From: Acidobacteria bacterium RIFCSPLOWO2_02_FULL_65_29
GTDB taxonomy: Bacteria; Acidobacteriota; Vicinamibacteria; Vicinamibacterales; CAVVIG01
Assembly: GCA_001767435.1 (NCBI GenBank)
Contig: MEKT01000036.1
Location: 11,391-75,390, forward strand
Length of the DNA: 64,000 bases
Reading direction: 5' to 3'
Shown: positions 42,751 through 53,220 of the stretch, piece after piece
Layout of the letters: every line of letters starts with the position of its first letter
Position numbering within the stretch: the stretch's first letter is position 1
Program-made: the position numbers and the translations under genes
The notes under the pieces: model-generated
Told to the model about the DNA's origin: nothing
Seen by the model: the letters and a program-made list of their open reading frames with translations, nothing else
The model's database searches: none

Positions 42751-42858
42751 CCACGAAAACACGAAGACACGAAATCAAGAATCAAGAATTAGGAATGCGT
42801 ACCCGCGGTCAACGTTCTCGGTCACGAATTCTCAATTCTTAATTCCTAATTCTTCATT
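42751..42858. repeat. composite hairpin: CACGAA words (W2) followed by AAGAATTAGGAAT words (W3) and their complement
   Basis: Left arm ccacgaaaacacgaagacacgaaatcaagaatcaagaattaggaat. Right arm cacgaattctcaattcttaattcctaattcttcatt. Lies between infB and rbfA. Confidence 0.8.
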
Positions 42859-42864
42859 ACAGGT

Positions 42865-43236
42865 ATGTCGCAAGGCTCCCGACCCGACCGCGTGGCCGAG
42901 CAGATCCGGAGCGAGCTCGCCTCGCTCCTCGCGCGCGAGGTGCACGACCCTGGCATCGGCTTCGTGACCTTGACGCGCGTACAGGTGACACCGGATCTTC
43001 AGCGCGCGCGGGTGCTGTACACGGCGCTGGGCGACGACACGGCACGCGCCGCCAGCGGTCGCGCGCTCGAGCGGGCTGCGGTGTTTCTGCGGCGGCAGCT
43101 GGGGTCGCGCCTCCGGCTGAAGCGCGCACCCGAACTGGCGTTCATCTACGATGACGCGATCGCGGGCCAGGACAGAATCGAACGGATCATCAACGAGCTG
43201 CACGAAGCCGGCCATGACCCCGACCGAGAACCCTGA
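42865..43236 (+). CDS. rbfA: ribosome-binding factor A
   Basis: RVAEQIRSELASLLAREVHDPGIGFVTLTRVQVTPDLQRARV is typical RbfA. Conserved position after infB. Confidence 0.9.
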   Translation: MSQGSRPDRVAEQIRSELASLLAREVHDPGIGFVTLTRVQVTPDLQRARVLYTALGDDTARAASGRALERAAVFLRRQLGSRLRLKRAPELAFIYDDAIAGQDRIERIINELHEAGHDPDREP

Positions 43237-44212
43237 GGTCGCCCGGATCGCGCAGGTGATCCGCGCGGGCCGGCGCTTCGTGATCTCCTCCCACGTGCGG
43301 CCCGACGGCGACGCCGTCGGATCGTCCATGGCCATGGCCCTCGCCCTGCGTGCACTGGGCAAGGACGCGCGCGTGGCGTTCAAGGATTCGGCGCCCGAGC
43401 CGCTGCGCGCGTTTCCGGGCGTGGCCGGCATCGACATCACCGGTCGCGTGGACGAGGCGTTCGACGCGGCCATCATCATGGAGTGCGGCAATTTGGCGCG
43501 GACGGGGGTCGGCGGGCTGGAGCGATCCTTCGTGATCAACATCGATCACCATCCCGGCAACGACGGCTACGGGCAGATCAACTGGTTCGACCCATCCGCC
43601 GCAGCGTGCGCCGAGATGGTTTACGACCTGGTGGGCGCCATCGGAGCGCCGCTCACCTCCGACACGGCCACCCACATCTACCTCGCCATCCTCACCGACA
43701 CCGGTTCGTTCCATTACTCGAACATCTCCCCGCGAACCTTCGCGATCTGCGGCACGCTGCTCGAGGCCGGTGTCGATCCGGTGCGCACCGCCAGGCAGGT
43801 CTACGACAGCAACAGTCTCGGCCGGCTCAGGCTTTTCGGCGCGGTTCTGAGCGCGATGACGATCGCGTCCTCGGGCCGGATCGCCGTCTTGTCGATCGAC
43901 GACGAGGTGATGCGAGTCTCGGGCGGCACGTACGACGATACTGAAGGCCTGATCAACGAGCCGCTCACGGTCAAGGACATTCAGGCGGTCATCTTCCTCA
44001 AGCACGCGGCGGGCGACGAGTTTCGGGTCAGCTTGCGGTCGAAGGGCTCGGTAGACATCGGTGCCGTCGCCAAGGCGTTCGGCGGCGGCGGCCACAGGAA
44101 CGCCGCCGGCTGCACGGTGCGGGGCGCGCTCGACAACTTGCAGACGCTCTTCGTTGAGAAGGTTGAGCGCGCCATCGAAATGGCAGGATTGCAGGATGCG
44201 TCAACCTTCTGA
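43214..44212 (+). CDS. nrnA: DHH-family phosphoesterase (NrnA-like nanoRNase / pAp phosphatase)
   Basis: SHVRPDGDAVGS (DHH motif I/II), NIDHHPGN (DHH), and a DHHA1 GGGH motif (FGGGGHRNAAG). Confidence 0.8.
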   Translation: MTPTENPEVARIAQVIRAGRRFVISSHVRPDGDAVGSSMAMALALRALGKDARVAFKDSAPEPLRAFPGVAGIDITGRVDEAFDAAIIMECGNLARTGVGGLERSFVINIDHHPGNDGYGQINWFDPSAAACAEMVYDLVGAIGAPLTSDTATHIYLAILTDTGSFHYSNISPRTFAICGTLLEAGVDPVRTARQVYDSNSLGRLRLFGAVLSAMTIASSGRIAVLSIDDEVMRVSGGTYDDTEGLINEPLTVKDIQAVIFLKHAAGDEFRVSLRSKGSVDIGAVAKAFGGGGHRNAAGCTVRGALDNLQTLFVEKVERAIEMAGLQDASTF

Positions 44213-44253
44213 CTTCCCTTTTCTGCAATCCTGCAATCCGACAATCTGCAATT
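44182..44253. repeat. CTGCAAT word hairpin (W4), copy 2, spanning the nrnA 3' end and the nrnA-truB gap
   Basis: Left arm ggcaggattgcaggat lies inside the last nrnA codons. Right arm ttctgcaatcctgcaatccgacaatctgcaatt. Confidence 0.75.
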
Positions 44254-44257
44254 CCCC

Positions 44258-45244
44258 ATGGACGGTCTCCTCATCGTCGACAAGCCCGTCGGCCCGACCT
44301 CTCACGACGTCGTGGCGCGCGTCAGACAGGCGCTCGGCGAGCGCCGGGTTGGCCACACGGGAACGCTCGATCCGGCCGCCGGCGGCGTGCTGCCGATGGT
44401 GGTGGGCCGCGCCACGCGACTTGCGCAGTTCTTGAGCGGAGCAGACAAAGTGTACGAGGCGACACTCACGCTGGGTATGACGACCGACACGTACGACGCG
44501 CTCGGGCAGCCGGCCGGCGCGCCGTACTCCGGGCCGTTCCCGGGGCGCGAGACCGTCGAAGACGCGCTCGATCGATTCCGGGGTACGTTTGTGCAGCAGC
44601 CTCCGGCGTTTTCGGCGAAGAAGGTCGAGGGCACGCGCAGCTACAGGCACGCGCGCGCCGCGGCGCGCGCCGCGAAAGAATCGGGAAACCCTGCTGCCGC
44701 GTCTGAAGCGGGCGAGCGTCAGCGAGTCGAACGGCCTGCCCTGCCTGCCGCTGTCTTGGTCACGGCGCATGCGATCGACCTGCTGGACGTCCAGGGAAGC
44801 CGCGTGGTTCTCCGCGTGCACTGCAGTGCGGGCTTCTACCTGCGGTCGCTCGCGCACGACCTCGGCGAGCGGCTGGGCACGGGCGCGTGCCTCGCGGCGC
44901 TGACACGGACCCGGTGCGGCGATGCAGCGCTGGCCGACGCGGTGCCGCTCGCGACGATCGAACGCGACCGGGCCGCCGGCACCCGCGCGCTGATCCCGCT
45001 CTCGCACATGCTGCCGGCGCTCGCGGCGGTCGTGCTGACGGGCGAGGGCGTGCGGCGCGCCGTGCACGGCCGTGAGGTGGGACCAGGCGAAGTCGCTGGA
45101 CGAACCGAAGACCCCCGAGGTCCTGGAGGCCCTGGAAGTGTTGTCCCACTCGTCCGGCTGCTGGACGAGTCTGGCGATCTCGTGGGCATCGCCGAGCCCG
45201 GATCATCGCCGGGATTTTTGCATCCCTCTGTCGTTCTGAAGTAA
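44258..45244 (+). CDS. truB: tRNA pseudouridine(55) synthase
   Basis: MDGLLIVDKPVGPTSHDVV...GHTGTLDPAAGGVLP contains the catalytic Asp motif. Confidence 0.9.
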   Translation: MDGLLIVDKPVGPTSHDVVARVRQALGERRVGHTGTLDPAAGGVLPMVVGRATRLAQFLSGADKVYEATLTLGMTTDTYDALGQPAGAPYSGPFPGRETVEDALDRFRGTFVQQPPAFSAKKVEGTRSYRHARAAARAAKESGNPAAASEAGERQRVERPALPAAVLVTAHAIDLLDVQGSRVVLRVHCSAGFYLRSLAHDLGERLGTGACLAALTRTRCGDAALADAVPLATIERDRAAGTRALIPLSHMLPALAAVVLTGEGVRRAVHGREVGPGEVAGRTEDPRGPGGPGSVVPLVRLLDESGDLVGIAEPGSSPGFLHPSVVLK

Positions 45245-45408
45245 CATGTTGAGCTTGTCCGACTGAGATAATTGAGGACATACGGCGCTGCAGCCGGGAG
45301 TCACGTCGAGCGCGTTCGCGCGCGAGACGTCCGCGAGCGGGGGTGGGGCCCCGCGAGCATCGGGACCACTGCTCCCGGCCCCTGGGGCGTACGTGGAGGA
45401 CGACAGAC

Positions 45409-45678
45409 GTGGCGTTGACCAAAGACCGCAAGACCGAGCTGATCGGGAGCTACAGGACCCACGACGCAGACACCGGATCCCCTGAAGTGCAGGTGGCCAT
45501 TCTCAGCGAGCGCATCAATTATCTGACGGAGCATTTCAAGGCCCACGCCAAGGACCATCACTCGCGCCGTGGCCTGCTGATGCTCGTTGGCCGGCGCCGC
45601 CGTCTGCTCGACTACGTGAAAACCAAGGACGCGCAGCGCTACGCGGACCTCATCAAGCGCCTCAATATCCGGAAATAA
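45409..45678 (+). CDS. rpsO: 30S ribosomal protein S15
   Basis: The GTG start with RBS ggagga 8 nt upstream gives 89 aa. [33 protein letters not shown] is the S15 signature. Confidence 0.9.
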   Translation: MALTKDRKTELIGSYRTHDADTGSPEVQVAILSERINYLTEHFKAHAKDHHSRRGLLMLVGRRRRLLDYVKTKDAQRYADLIKRLNIRK

Positions 45679-45688
45679 AGTCTCCACT

Positions 45689-47794
45689 ATGACCTTCCGC
45701 GAAGTCGGCATCGGCGACAAGACGCTCAGATTTGAAACCGGAAAGCTCGCCAAACAGGCCGGAGGCTCGGTCCTTGTCCGCTTCGGCGACTCGGTCGTGC
45801 TCGTGACGGCGTGCCGTGCGGCCAGCGCTCGCGAGGGCATCGACTTTCTGCCACTCACGGTGGACTATCGCGAGTACACGTACGCATCGGGCCGGATTCC
45901 CGGCGGCTTCTTCAAGCGCGAGGGCAAGCCGGCCGAAAAAGAGGTGATCACGAGCCGCTGCATCGATCGCCCGATCCGGCCGCTCTTTCCGTCCGGCTGG
46001 CGGTTCGAGACGCAGGTGATCGCGCTCGTGCTGTCGGCCGATCAGGAGAACGACACGGACGTGCTCGCCATCACCGGCGCATCGGCGGCGCTCGCCCTCT
46101 CCGAGATTCCGTTCGAGAAGACCATTGCCGGCGTGCGCGTCGGCCTGCTCGACGGCCAGTACCTCATCAACCCGACCTTCGTGCAGCGCAAGCAGAGCAA
46201 GCTCGACCTGGTCGTCGCCGGCAGCGCCGACGGCCTCGTGATGGTCGAGGCGGGCGCCAAGGAAGTGACCGAAGAGCAGGTCGTCGAGGCGCTCGAGGCC
46301 GCGCACGCGGCGATCCGACAGATCGTCGCCACGATCGACCTGTTGGCGAAGGAAGCCGGCAAGACCAAGGTCAGCGTGGCGAAGAAGGACGTCGGCCACG
46401 ACTTCTACCGCGAGGTCGAGGAGAAGCTTCTGGTCCCGCTCACCGAGGCGATGCGGATCAAGGGCAAGCTCGAGAGCTACGACCGTGTCGACGAGCTGTT
46501 GGCCGAGCTCGTGGCATCCCTGCCCGAGGGAGAAGTCGCGCGGAAGGTCGAGGCGAAGCAGATCTTCAAGGGCCTCAAGGAAAAGGTCCTGCGCGGCGAG
46601 GTGCTGGAGCGCGGCGTGCGCCTCGACGGCCGCGTGTTCGACGAAGTCCGTCCGATCTGGATCGAGACGAGCGTGCTGCCGCGCACGCACGGCTCCGCCG
46701 TCTTCACGCGCGGCGAGACGCAGGCGCTCGTGACGTGTACGCTCGGCACCGCCGATGACGCGCAGAAAGTCGAGAGCTTCGAGGGCGAGACGTGGAAGAG
46801 CTTCATGCTTCACTACAACTTCCCGCCCTTCTCGGTCGGCGAGGTCGCGTTTCTACGCGGGCCCGGACGCCGTGAGGTCGGGCACGGCGCACTGGCCGAG
46901 CGCTCGCTCACGCCGATGCTCCCGGCCGAAGAGCAGTTCCCCTACACGATTCGCGTCGTGTCCGACATCCTCGAATCCAACGGCTCCTCGTCGATGGCGT
47001 CGGTCTGCGGAGGGTCGCTGGCGATGATGGATGCCGGCGTGCCGCTCAAACATGCCGTGGCGGGCATCGCGATGGGCCTGGTCATGGACGAGAAGACGGG
47101 CAAATACGCCGTGCTCTCCGACATCGCGGGCGCCGAGGACCATTACGGCGACATGGATTTCAAGGTCGCCGGCACGGCCGAAGGCATCACCGCGCTCCAG
47201 ATGGACATCAAGGTCGGCGGCATCACGACCGGCGTGATGCGCAAGGCGCTCGATCAGGCACGCCGTGGCCGCCTGCACATCCTCGAGAAGATGCGCGAGG
47301 CCCTCGCCGCACCGCGGGCGAACATCTCGGCCTTCGCGCCGCGCATCGTCACGATCAAGATCCCTGTTGACAAGATCCGTGACGTCATCGGCCCTGGCGG
47401 GAAGATGATCCGGAGCATCATCGAACGCACTGGCGTCAAGATCGACGTGGAGGACGATGGGCGCGTGAACGTGGCATCGGCCGACGGCGAGTCGGCGCAG
47501 AAAGCGATTTCGATCATTCAGGAACTGACGGCGACGCCCGAGCTCCACAAGACGTACCTCGGCAAGGTCCAGCGCATCACGGACTTCGGCGCCTTTGTCG
47601 AAATCATGCCTGGCACCGACGGCCTGCTGCACGTCTCGGAGATCGCGAACCACCGTGTGAAAGATGTGCGTGACGAGCTGAAGGAAGGCGAACAAGTGCT
47701 CGTCAAGGTGATCAACATCGATCCGACCGGGAAGATCCGCCTGAGCCGCAAGGCGCTTCTGCAGGAACAGGCGCCTCCTCCCGCGTCAGCCTAG
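45689..47794 (+). CDS. pnp: polyribonucleotide nucleotidyltransferase (PNPase)
   Basis: Two RNase PH domains, KH (IRDVIGPGGKMIRSI) and S1 (GKVQRITDFGAFVEI). 701 aa. Confidence 0.95.
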   Translation: MTFREVGIGDKTLRFETGKLAKQAGGSVLVRFGDSVVLVTACRAASAREGIDFLPLTVDYREYTYASGRIPGGFFKREGKPAEKEVITSRCIDRPIRPLFPSGWRFETQVIALVLSADQENDTDVLAITGASAALALSEIPFEKTIAGVRVGLLDGQYLINPTFVQRKQSKLDLVVAGSADGLVMVEAGAKEVTEEQVVEALEAAHAAIRQIVATIDLLAKEAGKTKVSVAKKDVGHDFYREVEEKLLVPLTEAMRIKGKLESYDRVDELLAELVASLPEGEVARKVEAKQIFKGLKEKVLRGEVLERGVRLDGRVFDEVRPIWIETSVLPRTHGSAVFTRGETQALVTCTLGTADDAQKVESFEGETWKSFMLHYNFPPFSVGEVAFLRGPGRREVGHGALAERSLTPMLPAEEQFPYTIRVVSDILESNGSSSMASVCGGSLAMMDAGVPLKHAVAGIAMGLVMDEKTGKYAVLSDIAGAEDHYGDMDFKVAGTAEGITALQMDIKVGGITTGVMRKALDQARRGRLHILEKMREALAAPRANISAFAPRIVTIKIPVDKIRDVIGPGGKMIRSIIERTGVKIDVEDDGRVNVASADGESAQKAISIIQELTATPELHKTYLGKVQRITDFGAFVEIMPGTDGLLHVSEIANHRVKDVRDELKEGEQVLVKVINIDPTGKIRLSRKALLQEQAPPPASA

Positions 47795-47812
47795 AGCGCT
47801 TTGCGCCGGCGT

Positions 47813-47839
47813 GTAGTGCAGGACTTCAGTCCTGCCTAC
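47813..47839 (+). terminator. hairpin GTAG-t-GCAGGAC-ttca-GTCCTGC-c-CTAC after pnp
   Basis: 7-bp core stem plus a 3-4 bp extension, starting 19 nt after the pnp stop. No U tract. Confidence 0.4.
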
Positions 47840-47923
47840 GGCGACGCGCGTGCATGTCTGACCAGCCTCCTGATTCAGCCGCTTCATATCCATGATCGTT
47901 GTGTCCTGGCTGAATTCAACGCG

Positions 47924-47959
47924 CCAGACTACCACGATGAGGAGGCGGCTGTAGTCTGG
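47924..47959. other. 9-bp perfect inverted repeat CCAGACTAC / GTAGTCTGG with an 18-nt loop
   Basis: Arms at 47924-47932 and 47951-47959. A further imperfect pair tgattcagcc (47871-47880) / ggctgaattca (47908-47918) lies just upstream. Confidence 0.7.
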
Positions 47960-48026
47960 TCCAGCCGAGCCATTCGACCTGTGACATGGTTTTTCTTCGC
48001 CGGATATGGAATCCGCGACCATATCA

Positions 48027-48054
48027 TTGTATTCGTTTATGGTTACCGTAATAA
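48027..48054 (+). promoter_or_regulatory. candidate sigma70 promoter for padR (TTGTAT-N16-TAATAA)
   Basis: -35 at 48027-48032 and -10 at 48049-54, in the most AT-rich stretch of the gap. RBS ggagg at 48063-67 and ATG at 48075. Confidence 0.4.
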
Positions 48055-48074
48055 TACTACCGGAGGCCGTGACC

Positions 48075-48512
48075 ATGACCGTCCTTGACTCAAAGCTGCT
48101 CACGCGAGAGATCCTGCTGGGCTTCTGGAAAGTCCACATTCTTCATCACGCGGCCGAGCATCCAGTCATCGGCCAGTGGGTCCTCAGCGAGCTGCGACGC
48201 CATGGCTACGACATCAGCCCTGGCACGCTCTATCCGCTCTTGAAGCGTCTGGAACGCAACGGGTGGCTGCGGTCCGAATCCGCTGTCGGCCAAGGGAAAC
48301 GGCGCCGGCGGTACTATCGCCTCACGAACCGTGGGGCCGCCGTGTTGGAGGTCCTCCGCGAGACCGTGATCGAGCTCCACCATGAGGTGGTCGAAGAAGC
48401 GGCTTCCCACGCACCACGGAAACCGCTTCGCCTAGAGAGCGCCCCCGATGCCCAGGCGTCTGGAGCCAGGACGAGGCGTGCTGACGGCCGCAAGTCGCGC
48501 TCCGCACGTTGA
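48075..48512 (+). CDS. PadR-family transcriptional regulator
   Basis: ILHHAAEHPVIGQWVLSELRRHGYDISPGTLYPLLKRLERNGWL...RRRYYRLT is the PadR winged-helix signature. Confidence 0.8.
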   Translation: MTVLDSKLLTREILLGFWKVHILHHAAEHPVIGQWVLSELRRHGYDISPGTLYPLLKRLERNGWLRSESAVGQGKRRRRYYRLTNRGAAVLEVLRETVIELHHEVVEEAASHAPRKPLRLESAPDAQASGARTRRADGRKSRSAR

Positions 48513-48515
48513 CTC

Positions 48516-48550
48516 TCGATATCGCATATCATCTACGACTATCGATATCG
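48516..48550. promoter_or_regulatory. two copies of the palindromic 9-mer TCGATATCG spaced 26 bp centre to centre (candidate operator)
   Basis: Copies at 48516-48524 and 48542-48550, in the 72-bp padR-tolC gap. Confidence 0.35.
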
Positions 48551-48584
48551 GTCGCCCTGTGCGCCGATCTCGACGTGGAGGGAG

Positions 48585-50012
48585 ATGCGACTGGTGAATA
48601 GAGACAGTTGTCCGACTCACCGTAGCCAAGGCCCCGCAGTTCAGCGTTTGCTGGTGGTGGTGTGCGTCGGCGCGGCCTTCGCACATCCGGCGGTCGCACA
48701 GCTGTCCCCGCCCTCGTTTCCGATCACCCTTCAGAACGCGATCCGGTACGCCAGCGACAACTATCCGGCGATCCGCTTCGCGATGGCGCGTGTGTCAGCA
48801 CAGGAGTCCGGCGTCGATCTCGCCCGCACGTCCTACCTGCCGCGGCTGGATTCCTCATTGCAGATCAATCGTGCCACGCGCAACAACGTCGCGGGCCTGC
48901 TGCTGCCCGGCACAGCCGTTCCTGGAATCTCGGGGCCGGTGTCTGACGCGAGCTCGTCCTCGACGATCTGGGGCAGCGCGGGGGGCCTGTTGCTCTCGTG
49001 GGAGGCGTTCGACTTCGGGTTGCGGGGCGCGTCGGTTGATTTGGCGAGAACGCTCGTGACTCGCGCCAACGCCGGTGCGGAGCTCACGCGGCTCGATGTA
49101 GGCGTCAGAACGGCTGACGCCTTCCTCCATGTGGCGGCTGCGCAAGAGACTGTACGTGCCGCCCGCGCGAATGTGGAGCGACAGGAAGTCTTTGCCAATG
49201 TCGTCGCCACACTCGTGAGAAACCAACTCCGACCGGGCGCAGATGACTCCCGAGCGCAAGCGGAGCTGGCGCTTGCCAGGATCCAGCTGATTCAGGCCGA
49301 ACAGGCGGAACAGATCGCACGGGCCAGCCTTGCGCAATGGCTGGGCGTTGCTCCCGCCGATGTCCAGATCGCGGCCGGTCCCCTGCTACAGACGCCGCCG
49401 GCGCCGCCGGCCGCACCACCGACGGTCACAACACATCCACTGGCCGAAATGGAGATGGCGGCGGTGGAATCGAGTCGCGCCTTCCAGCATGTGCTCGACC
49501 GCTCGTACTTTCCGCGGATCAATCTTCAAACGGCGTATTCGTTGAGAGGGACCGGAGCGACGGCCAGCGGCACGAATCTGGGCGGCGGCCACGGCCTTGA
49601 CTTCGACACGCCGAACTGGGCGGTGGGGCTCACGGCCACCTTTCCGCTTTTTGACTGGTTCTCACTGCGCGAGCGGACGCGAATCGAGGCGCACAACGAG
49701 CGCGCTGAGCGCGCAACCTACGATCGCGTCGTCCGGGAGTTGTCCGCACAGACGGAACAGGCCCGGGCCGAGATGAACGGCGCGCGTCGCGTGGCGGAGA
49801 ACACCCCGATTCAGCTACAAGCCGCGAGGGTGCTGGAGCAGCAATCCCGGGTTCGGTACGATGCCGGGCTGGCGACCATCATTGAAGTGGCGGACTCCCA
49901 GCGATTGCTCCTGCAGGCCGAAGTCGGCGATGCGGTGGCAAGGCTGGGCGTGTGGCGGGCGCTGTTGGCCGATGCCGCAGCCAAGGGTGACATCTCGGAG
50001 CTGCTGAAGTAA
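48585..50012 (+). CDS. TolC-family outer membrane efflux protein
   Basis: Signal peptide. [16 protein letters not shown]...SYLPRLDS and two repeated helical halves. RBS ggaggga before the ATG. Confidence 0.8.
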   Translation: MRLVNRDSCPTHRSQGPAVQRLLVVVCVGAAFAHPAVAQLSPPSFPITLQNAIRYASDNYPAIRFAMARVSAQESGVDLARTSYLPRLDSSLQINRATRNNVAGLLLPGTAVPGISGPVSDASSSSTIWGSAGGLLLSWEAFDFGLRGASVDLARTLVTRANAGAELTRLDVGVRTADAFLHVAAAQETVRAARANVERQEVFANVVATLVRNQLRPGADDSRAQAELALARIQLIQAEQAEQIARASLAQWLGVAPADVQIAAGPLLQTPPAPPAAPPTVTTHPLAEMEMAAVESSRAFQHVLDRSYFPRINLQTAYSLRGTGATASGTNLGGGHGLDFDTPNWAVGLTATFPLFDWFSLRERTRIEAHNERAERATYDRVVRELSAQTEQARAEMNGARRVAENTPIQLQAARVLEQQSRVRYDAGLATIIEVADSQRLLLQAEVGDAVARLGVWRALLADAAAKGDISELLK

Positions 50013-50037
50013 TCAACGTTCCAGAGAGGGCAAGACC

Positions 50038-53000
50038 ATGTGGCTCGTACGTGCGGCTCTGCGTCGACCGGTCACGATCCTCATCGTGATCGTGGGTGTG
50101 GCGCTGATGTCGCTGCTCGCTGTGCAACGAATGAAGATCGACATCTTCCCCGACCTCGGGACGCCGGTGATCTACGTGGCCCAGCCGTACGGCGGCATGG
50201 ATCCCGCGCAGATGGAGGGGTACATAGCGAACTACTACGAGTACCACTTTCTCTACGTCACCGGGATCGAGCACGTGGAGTCGAAGTCGATTCAGGGCGC
50301 GACGCTCCTGAAGCTCTTCTTCCACGAGGGGACGAACATGAGCCAGGCGGTTGCCGAGACCGTGGCTCAAGTGAATCGCTCCCGTGCGTTCATGCCTCCC
50401 GGCACGGTGCCGCCGTTCGTCGTGCGCTTCGATGGCGGGAGTGTGCCGGTCGGCTATCTGGTCTTCTCGAGCGAGACTCACGCGCTTGGAGAGATTCAGG
50501 ACCTCGCCCTGAATCGCATCCGTCCGATGTTCGGGACGCTTCCCGGTGTCTCCGCGCCGCCACCCTTCGGAGGCAACCAGCGGACGGTCGTCGTGCGCGT
50601 GGATCCCGATCGCCTGCGGGCCTACAGGATGTCCGGGGAGGAGATCGTCCGCTCCCTCTCGAGGGGAAACGTCGTCACGCCGTCCGGCAACGTGCGGATT
50701 GGTGATTTCACGGAGATGGTGCCGGTGAACTCGGTCGTGCGGAACGTGCAGGAGCTCCTGGACATTCCGGTCCGCGTTGGCGCCGGCCCGAGTGTCTTCC
50801 TGCGCGATGTCGGCTATGTGGAAGACAGCTCGGACATTCTGACGAGCTATGCCCTGATTAACGGGAAGCGCAGTGTGTATATTCCGGTGACGAAACGCGC
50901 CGACGCCTCGACGCTGGCGGTGGTCCAGCGCGTCACGGCGGAGCTACCCCGGATGCGCGCCGCAATCCCCGACGATATCGGCGTGGACTTCGCTTTTGAC
51001 CAATCCGGGCACGTGACTAATGCGATCCGCTCGCTTGCCACGACAGGCGCACTGGGAGCTGTCCTCACAGGGTTGATGGTGCTGCTGTTTCTCCGCCATG
51101 TCCGCAGCAGCATCATTGTGATTCTGACGATTCCGTTGGCGCTTCTGGCAGCCGTGGTCGCGCTCTGGGGGGCTAGCCAGACGATCAACATCATGACGCT
51201 CGGCGGCCTCACGTTGGCGATCGGCATCCTCGTCGACGAATCGACGGTGGCGATCGAGAATATTCACACGCATCTCGCGCGCGGAAAACAGCGCGCGCGC
51301 GCCGTCCTCGACGCCGTTTCGGAGGTCGCCGTGCCCATGATGCTCGCGATGCTGTGCATACTGGCGGTCTTCGCGCCGTCCTTCTTCATGGTGGGCGTTG
51401 GACGAGCGCTGTTCGTCCCTTTGGCGCTGTCGGTCGGCTTCGCGATGGCCGCCTCCTACGTCCTGGCACTGACGTTCGTGCCCATCCTGTACACCTGGAT
51501 AGGCGGCGAGCGTCACGGCTCGACGGAGGGCGGGTTCTTCGATCGACTGCGAGACTCGTACGGACACCTGGTCGGAATGTTCGTGCGGCGCCGGTGGGTC
51601 GTGCTTCCTGCGTATCTCGTCATCGCAGGCGTGACCGTGTACTTCGTCAGCGGTGCCCTGGGGACCGAGATCTTCCCGAGCGCCGATTCCGGTCAGATTC
51701 AGGTCCGCCTACGTGCGCCAACCGGAACACGCGTCGAGCGCACAGAGGCGATGGCACTCAGTGTGCTCGAGACGATCGCTCAGGAGGTGGGACCGGAGAA
51801 CGTCGCGGCCAGCCTCGGCTTCGTCGGCTCTCAGCCGTCCTCCTACCCCGTGAACACGATTTATCTGTGGACCAGTGGACCCCACGAGGCGGTGCTCCTG
51901 GTGTCGCTCAAGCCGGAGCGGACAATGTCGACCGAGGCGCTTCAGGAGGCGCTTCGCAACCGGATTGGCGAGATCGCGCCTGGCGCGGTGGTCTCGTTCG
52001 AGGCCGCGGATCTCGTGAATCAAGTCATGAGCTTCGGGTCGCCGACCCCGATCGAGGTTGCCGTTACCGGGGCGAATCTGACCGCCAGTCGCGGCTACGC
52101 GGAGAAGCTGAAGGCCGAAATGGCCAAAGTCTCGGCGCTGCGGGATCTCCAGTTCGGGCAGGCACTCGACTATCCGGTCCGTCAGGTGCAAATCGACCGC
52201 GAGCGCGCCGGCCAGTTGGGCGTGACGGTCGAGGAGGTCGGACGGTCGCTGGTCGCCGCGACGTCGTCCAGTCGCTTTGTGACGCCGAACTATTGGGCCG
52301 ATCCGAACAGTGGCATCGCCTATCAGGTGCAGGTCGAAGTCCCGCAGCACACGATGTCGTCGATGGAAGACATCATGAACGTACCGGTCATGCAGAACGG
52401 TGCCGCGCGTCCGCTGCTCGGCGACGTGGCGACGGTCTCCCAAGAGACGGCGATCGGCGAGTACGACCGGTACAACCAGCAGCGGATGATCACGCTGACC
52501 GCGAATGTGCACGGGGAAGACCTGGGCACGGCATCAGACGAGGTGTTTGCGGCCGTGTCCCGAGCTGGCGATCCGCCGGCCGGCGTGACCGTGAGCATAC
52601 GCGGGCAGGCCGCGCCGATGCAGCAAACGTTGGACGGCCTTCGCTCGGGCCTTGGCCTGGCCATTGTCGCCATCTTCCTGCTGCTGGCCGCCTACTTCCA
52701 GTCGTTGAAGGTCGCGCTGATTGTGATCGGGACAATCCCTGCGGTCATCGCTGGTGTGGCGCTCAGTCTGTTGCTGACGGGAAGCACGCTGAACGTGCAG
52801 TCCTTCATGGGGGCGATCATGGCGATTGGCGTCGCCGTCGCCAATGCCATCCTGCTGGCCACCTTCGCCGAGCAGTATCGGCTGAAAGGCGCGGCGGCCG
52901 ACGCGGCGGCCATTCGGGGCGCGACGAGTCGTCTGCGGCCCATCCTGATGACCACGTTTGCCATGATCGCCGGAATGGTGCCCGTGGCTTTTGGCGCCGA

Positions 53001-53220
53001 GCAGCTGGCACCGCTCGGCCGCGCCGTCATCGGCGGGCTCGCCGCATCCACGATCGCCACGCTGCTGGTCCTTCCCGCGCTTTTTGCGCTCGTGCAACGC
53101 CGTGCCGGCGTGATGTCGCCGTCCCTCGATCCCGACGACGTCATGAGCCGCCATCATTCAGCCCTCGACCGCGCTCGGGATGACCCTGAGCCTGGCGAAG
53201 GGTCAGGAGAAGTCGCATGA
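50038..53220 (+). CDS. RND efflux transporter permease (AcrB/HAE-type)
   Basis: 1060 aa with 12 TM segments and two large periplasmic loops. N-terminal [32 protein letters not shown]. Confidence 0.9.
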   Translation: MWLVRAALRRPVTILIVIVGVALMSLLAVQRMKIDIFPDLGTPVIYVAQPYGGMDPAQMEGYIANYYEYHFLYVTGIEHVESKSIQGATLLKLFFHEGTNMSQAVAETVAQVNRSRAFMPPGTVPPFVVRFDGGSVPVGYLVFSSETHALGEIQDLALNRIRPMFGTLPGVSAPPPFGGNQRTVVVRVDPDRLRAYRMSGEEIVRSLSRGNVVTPSGNVRIGDFTEMVPVNSVVRNVQELLDIPVRVGAGPSVFLRDVGYVEDSSDILTSYALINGKRSVYIPVTKRADASTLAVVQRVTAELPRMRAAIPDDIGVDFAFDQSGHVTNAIRSLATTGALGAVLTGLMVLLFLRHVRSSIIVILTIPLALLAAVVALWGASQTINIMTLGGLTLAIGILVDESTVAIENIHTHLARGKQRARAVLDAVSEVAVPMMLAMLCILAVFAPSFFMVGVGRALFVPLALSVGFAMAASYVLALTFVPILYTWIGGERHGSTEGGFFDRLRDSYGHLVGMFVRRRWVVLPAYLVIAGVTVYFVSGALGTEIFPSADSGQIQVRLRAPTGTRVERTEAMALSVLETIAQEVGPENVAASLGFVGSQPSSYPVNTIYLWTSGPHEAVLLVSLKPERTMSTEALQEALRNRIGEIAPGAVVSFEAADLVNQVMSFGSPTPIEVAVTGANLTASRGYAEKLKAEMAKVSALRDLQFGQALDYPVRQVQIDRERAGQLGVTVEEVGRSLVAATSSSRFVTPNYWADPNSGIAYQVQVEVPQHTMSSMEDIMNVPVMQNGAARPLLGDVATVSQETAIGEYDRYNQQRMITLTANVHGEDLGTASDEVFAAVSRAGDPPAGVTVSIRGQAAPMQQTLDGLRSGLGLAIVAIFLLLAAYFQSLKVALIVIGTIPAVIAGVALSLLLTGSTLNVQSFMGAIMAIGVAVANAILLATFAEQYRLKGAAADAAAIRGATSRLRPILMTTFAMIAGMVPVAFGAEQLAPLGRAVIGGLAASTIATLLVLPALFALVQRRAGVMSPSLDPDDVMSRHHSALDRARDDPEPGEGSGEVA

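Noticed and set aside
40383-42785. 800-aa minus-strand ORF antisense to infB, plus similar long antisense ORFs at 12666-14117, 25863-27794 and 19725-20699
   Set aside because: All lie opposite strongly recognisable genes (IF-2, GlpK, M24/VWA, GlgP). Their translations are Arg/Gly/His-rich with no domain signatures, so they are GC-driven open frames.
45249-45272. TTGAGC ... GATAAT as a promoter for rpsO
   Set aside because: The spacer is only 12 nt (14 nt with the alternative -10 TAATTG). That is too short for a sigma70 promoter, and no better -35 is available.
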